Of a stretch of DNA of 64,000 bases, positions 59,890-64,000 are shown in pieces; the first letter of the stretch is position 1; the number at the start of each line of letters is the position of its first letter. Below the pieces are notes generated by a model that saw only the letters and a list, made by a program, of their open reading frames with translations, did no database searches and was not told the DNA's origin. The stretch lies in the NCBI RefSeq assembly GCF_009914755.1, contig NC_060925.1, one strand, 5' to 3'. This stretch comes from the human T2T-CHM13v2.0 reference genome, Homo sapiens. The position numbers and the translations under genes were made by a program.

Positions 59890-62800
59890 ATGACAGGATC
59901 AAATTCACACATAACAATATTAACCTTAAATGTAAATAGGCTAAATGCTCCAATTAAAAGACACAGACTGGCAAATTGGATAAAGACTCAAGACCCATCA
60001 GTGTGCTGTATTCAGGAGACCCATCTCACATGCAGAGACACACATAGGCTCAAAATAAAGGGATGGAGGAATATTTACAAAGCAAATGGAAAGCAAAAAG
60101 AAGCAGAGGTAGCAATCCTAGTCTTTGATAAAACAGACTTTAAACCAACAAAGATCAAAAGAGACAAAGAAGAGCATTACATAATGGTAAAGGGATCAAT
60201 GCAACAAGAAGAGCTAACTATGCTAAATATATATGCACTCAATACAGGAGCATGCAGATTCAGAAAGCAAGTCCTTAGAGACCTACAAAGAGACTTAGAC
60301 TCCCACACAATAATAGTGGGAGACTTTAACACCCCACTGTCAATATTAGACCAATGAGACAGAAAATTAAAAAGGACATTCAGGACTTGAACTTAGCTCT
60401 GGACCAAGCGGACCTAATAGACATCTACAGAACACTCCACCCCAAATCAACAGAATATACATTCTTCTCAGCACTACATAATGCTTATTCTAAACTTGAC
60501 CACATAATTGGCAGTAAAACACTCCTTAGCAAATGCAAAAGAATGGAAATCATAACAGACCGTCTCTTAGACCACAGTGCAATCAAATTAGAACTAAGGA
60601 TTAAGAAACTCACTCAAAACCACACAACTACATGGAAACTGAATAACCTGCTCCTGAATGAATACTGGGTAAATAATAAAATTAAGGCAGAAATAAATAA
60701 GTTCTTTGGAACAAATGAGAACAAAGACACGATGTACCAGAATCACTGTGACACAGCTAAAACAGTGCTTAAAGGGAAATTTATAGCACTAAATGCTCAC
60801 AGGAGAAAGCAGGAAAGAACTAAAATCAGCACCCTAACATCACAATTAAAAGAACTAGAGAAGCAAGAGCAAACAAATTCAAAGCTAGCAGAAAACAAGA
60901 AATAACTAAGATCAGAGCAGAACTGAAGGAGATAGAGACATGAAAAACCCTTCAAAAAATCAATGAATCCAGGATCTGGCTTTTTGAAAAGATTAAAATA
61001 GACCACTAGCCAGGCAATTAAAGAATAAAAGAGAGAAGAATCAAATAGACACAACAAAAAATGAAAAAGTTGATATCACCACTGATCCCACAGAAATGCA
61101 AACTATCATCAGAGAATACCATAAACACCTATACACAAATAAACTAGAAAATCCAGAAGAAATGGATAAATTCCTGGACACATATACCCTCCCAAGATTA
61201 TAGGAAGAAGTCAAATCCCTGAATAGACCAATAACAAGTTCTGAAATGGAGGTAGTAATTAATAGCCTACCAACAAAAAAAGCCCAGGACAAGACAGATT
61301 CACAGTCAAATTCTACCAGAGGTACAAAGAGGAGCTGGTACCATTCCTTCTAAAACTATTCCAAACAATAGAAAAAGAGGGAATCCTCCCTAACTCATTT
61401 TATGAGGCTAGCATCATTCTGATACCAAAACCTGGCAGAGACACACGAAAGAAGAAAATTTCAGGCCAATATCCCTGATGAACATCGATGCGAAAATCCT
61501 CAGTACAATACTGGCAAAACGAATCCAGCAGCACATCAAAATGCTTATTCACCACGATCAAGTCAGCTTCATCCCTGGGATGCAAGGCTGGTTCAGCAAA
61601 TGCAAATCAATAAACGTAATCCATCACATAAACAGAACCAATGATAAAAACAGCATGATTATCCCTATAGATGCAGAAACGGCCTTTGATAAAATTCAAC
61701 AGCACTTCATGCTAAAGACGCTCAATAAACTAGGTATTGATGGAACGTATCTCAAATAATAAGAGCTATTTATGACAAACCCACAGCCAATATCATACTG
61801 AATGGGCAAAAGCTGGAAGCATTCCCTTTGAAAACTGGCACAAGACAAGGATGCCCTCTCTCATCACTCCTGTTCAATATAGTATTGGAAGTTGTGGCCA
61901 GGGAAATAAGGCAAGAGAAAGAAATAAAGCATATTCAAATAGGAAGACAGGAAGTCAAATTGTCTCTATTTGCAGATGACATGATTGTATATCTAGAAAA
62001 CCCCATTGTCTCAGCCCCAAAACTCCTTAAGCTGATAATTAACTTCAGCAGAGTCTCAGGATACAAAATCAATGTGCAAAAATCACAAACATTCCTATAC
62101 ACCAATAATAGAGATCCAGATCATGAGTGAACTCCCATTCACAATTGCCACAAAGAAAATAAAATACCTAGGAACACATCTTATAAGGGATGTGAAGGAC
62201 CTCTTCAAAGAAAACTACAAACCACTGCTCAAGGAAATAAGAGAGGACACAAACAAATGGAAGAACATTTCATGCTCATGGATGGAAAGAATCAATATAG
62301 TGAAAATGGCCATACTACCCAAAGTAATTTATAGATTCAATGATATTCCCATCAAGCTACCATTGACTTTCTTCACAGAATTAGAAAAAAACTACTTTAA
62401 ATTTTATATGGAACCAAAAAAGAGCCCATATAGCCAAGACAATCCTAAGTAAGAAGAACAAAGCTGGAGGCATCATGCTACCTGACTTCAAACTATACTA
62501 CAAGGCTACAGTAACCAAAACAGCATGGTACTGGTACCAAAACAGATACATAGACCAATGGAACAGAACAGAGGCCTCAGAAATAACACCACACATCTAC
62601 AACTATCTGATCTTTGACAAAACCTGACAAAAACAAGCAATGGGGAAAGGATTCCCTGTTTAATAAATGGTGTTGTGAAAACTGGCTAGCCATATGCAGA
62701 AAACTGAAACTGGACGCCTTTCTTACACCTTATACAAAAATTAACTCAAGATGGATGAAAGATTTCAATATAAGACCTAAAACCATAAAAACCCTAGAAG

Positions 62801-63671
62801 GAAACCTAGGCAATACCATTCAGGACATAGGCATGGGCTAAGGCTTCATGACTTAAATACCAAAAGCAATGGCAACAAAAGGGAAAATTGATAAATGAGA
62901 TGTAATTAAACTAAAGAGCTTCTGCATAGCAAAAGAAACTATCATCAGAGTGAACAGGCAACCTACAGAATGGGAAAATTTTTGCGATCTTTCCATCTGA
63001 CGAAGGGCTGATACCCAGAATCTACAAAGAACTTAAACAAATTTACAAGAAAAAAAATCAAACAACCCCATCAAAAAGTGGGCAAAGGCGATGAATAGAC
63101 ACTTCTCAAAAGAAGACATTTATGCAGCCACCAGACCCATGAAAAAATGCTCATCATCACTGGCCATCAGAGAAATGCAAATCAAAACCACAATGAGATA
63201 CCATCTCACACCAGTTAGAATGGTGATCATTAAAAAGTCAGGAAACAACAGATGCTGGAGAGGATGTGAAGAAATAGGAACACTTTTACACAGTTGGTGG
63301 GAGTGTAAATTAGTTCAACCATTGTGGAAGACATTGCGGCAATGCCTCAAGGATCCAGAATCAGAAATACCATTTGACCCAGCAATCTTTTACTAGGTAT
63401 ATACCCAAAGGATTATAAATCATTCTACTATAAAGACACATGCACACATATGTTTATTGCAGCACTGTTCACAATAGCAAAGACTTGGAACCAACCCAAA
63501 TGCCCATCAATGATAGATGGATAAAGAAAATGTGGCACATATACACCATGGAATACTATGCAGCCATAAAAAGGATGAGTTCATGTCCTTTGCAGGGATA
63601 TGGATAAAGCTGGAAACAATCATTCTCAGCAAACCAAACACTGCATGTTCTCACTCATAAGTGGGAGTTGA
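59890..63671 (+). pseudogene. L1 ORF2p (endonuclease/RT), disrupted
   Basis: [40 protein letters not shown]-terminal RCWRGC...HSWWEC, split over many short ORFs. Confidence 0.93.
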
Positions 63672-64000
63672 ACAATGAGAACACATGGACACAGGGAGGG
63701 GAACATAACACACCGCGGCCTGTCAGGGGATGGGGGGCTAGGAGAGGGATAGCTTTAGGAGAAATACCTAATGCAGATGCAGCAAACTACCATGACATGT
63801 GTATACATATGTAACAAACCTGTACGTTCTCCACATGTATCCCACAACTTAAAGTATAATTTTTTTAAAAAAGCAAAAATGAATAAGCAAAAAAAACAAA
63901 AAAAAAAAGAAAAAGAAAAAAAAGAAATTGAATTGAGAGTGGGGTGACTGATCACAAGATAGCAACACAGTGTGATTGATTCCCAGAAGGAAGATAGATG

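Larger units (their letters stand above)
57473..63918 (+). mobile_element. Full-length (about 6.45 kb) inactive L1PA (L1PA7/8-like)
   Basis: 5' end ggcaagatggctgaatagg, 1.3-kb 5'UTR, ORF1/ORF2 remnants, A-rich tail, 19-bp TSD aaaaag(g/a)aattgaattgag (57454-57472 / 63919-63937). Confidence 0.95.

Noticed and set aside
57473-63918. Retrotransposition-competent L1
   Set aside because: ORF1 and ORF2 carry multiple stops and frameshifts, and the 5'UTR is CpG-decayed.

Overview
Human genomic DNA: the 3' two-thirds of the leptin receptor gene LEPR (+ strand, chr1p31) plus about 17 kb of downstream flank. Thirteen shared coding exons (exons 7-19, RefSeq-style numbering recalled from memory) lie at 2174-28768 with GT-AG boundaries and consistent phases. 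They are followed by four alternative terminal exons: KMPGT... (31910), the SVA-derived MLEGS... exon (35990), RTDIL/Ob-Ra (38941) and the long signalling Ob-Rb exon (41980-42804). The haplotype appears to carry known LEPR alleles (K656N, c.3057A, 3'UTR CTTTA insertion). Introns hold many repeats, including a human-specific AluYb8, a MER61 solo LTR and a perfect 158-bp tandem duplication. Downstream are a 4.8-kb deleted HERV-H provirus (minus strand, convergent on the LEPR 3' end) and a full-length dead L1PA. I found no convincing undescribed biological system. The most striking item, the SVA-encoded C-terminus, is already published. The most testable new-looking observations are a latent db-type splice donor, the 158-bp duplication, inverted-Alu arrangements and the antisense HERV-H. 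Repeat subfamily names come from recalled consensus sequences, not a database search, and boundaries of old repeats are approximate.
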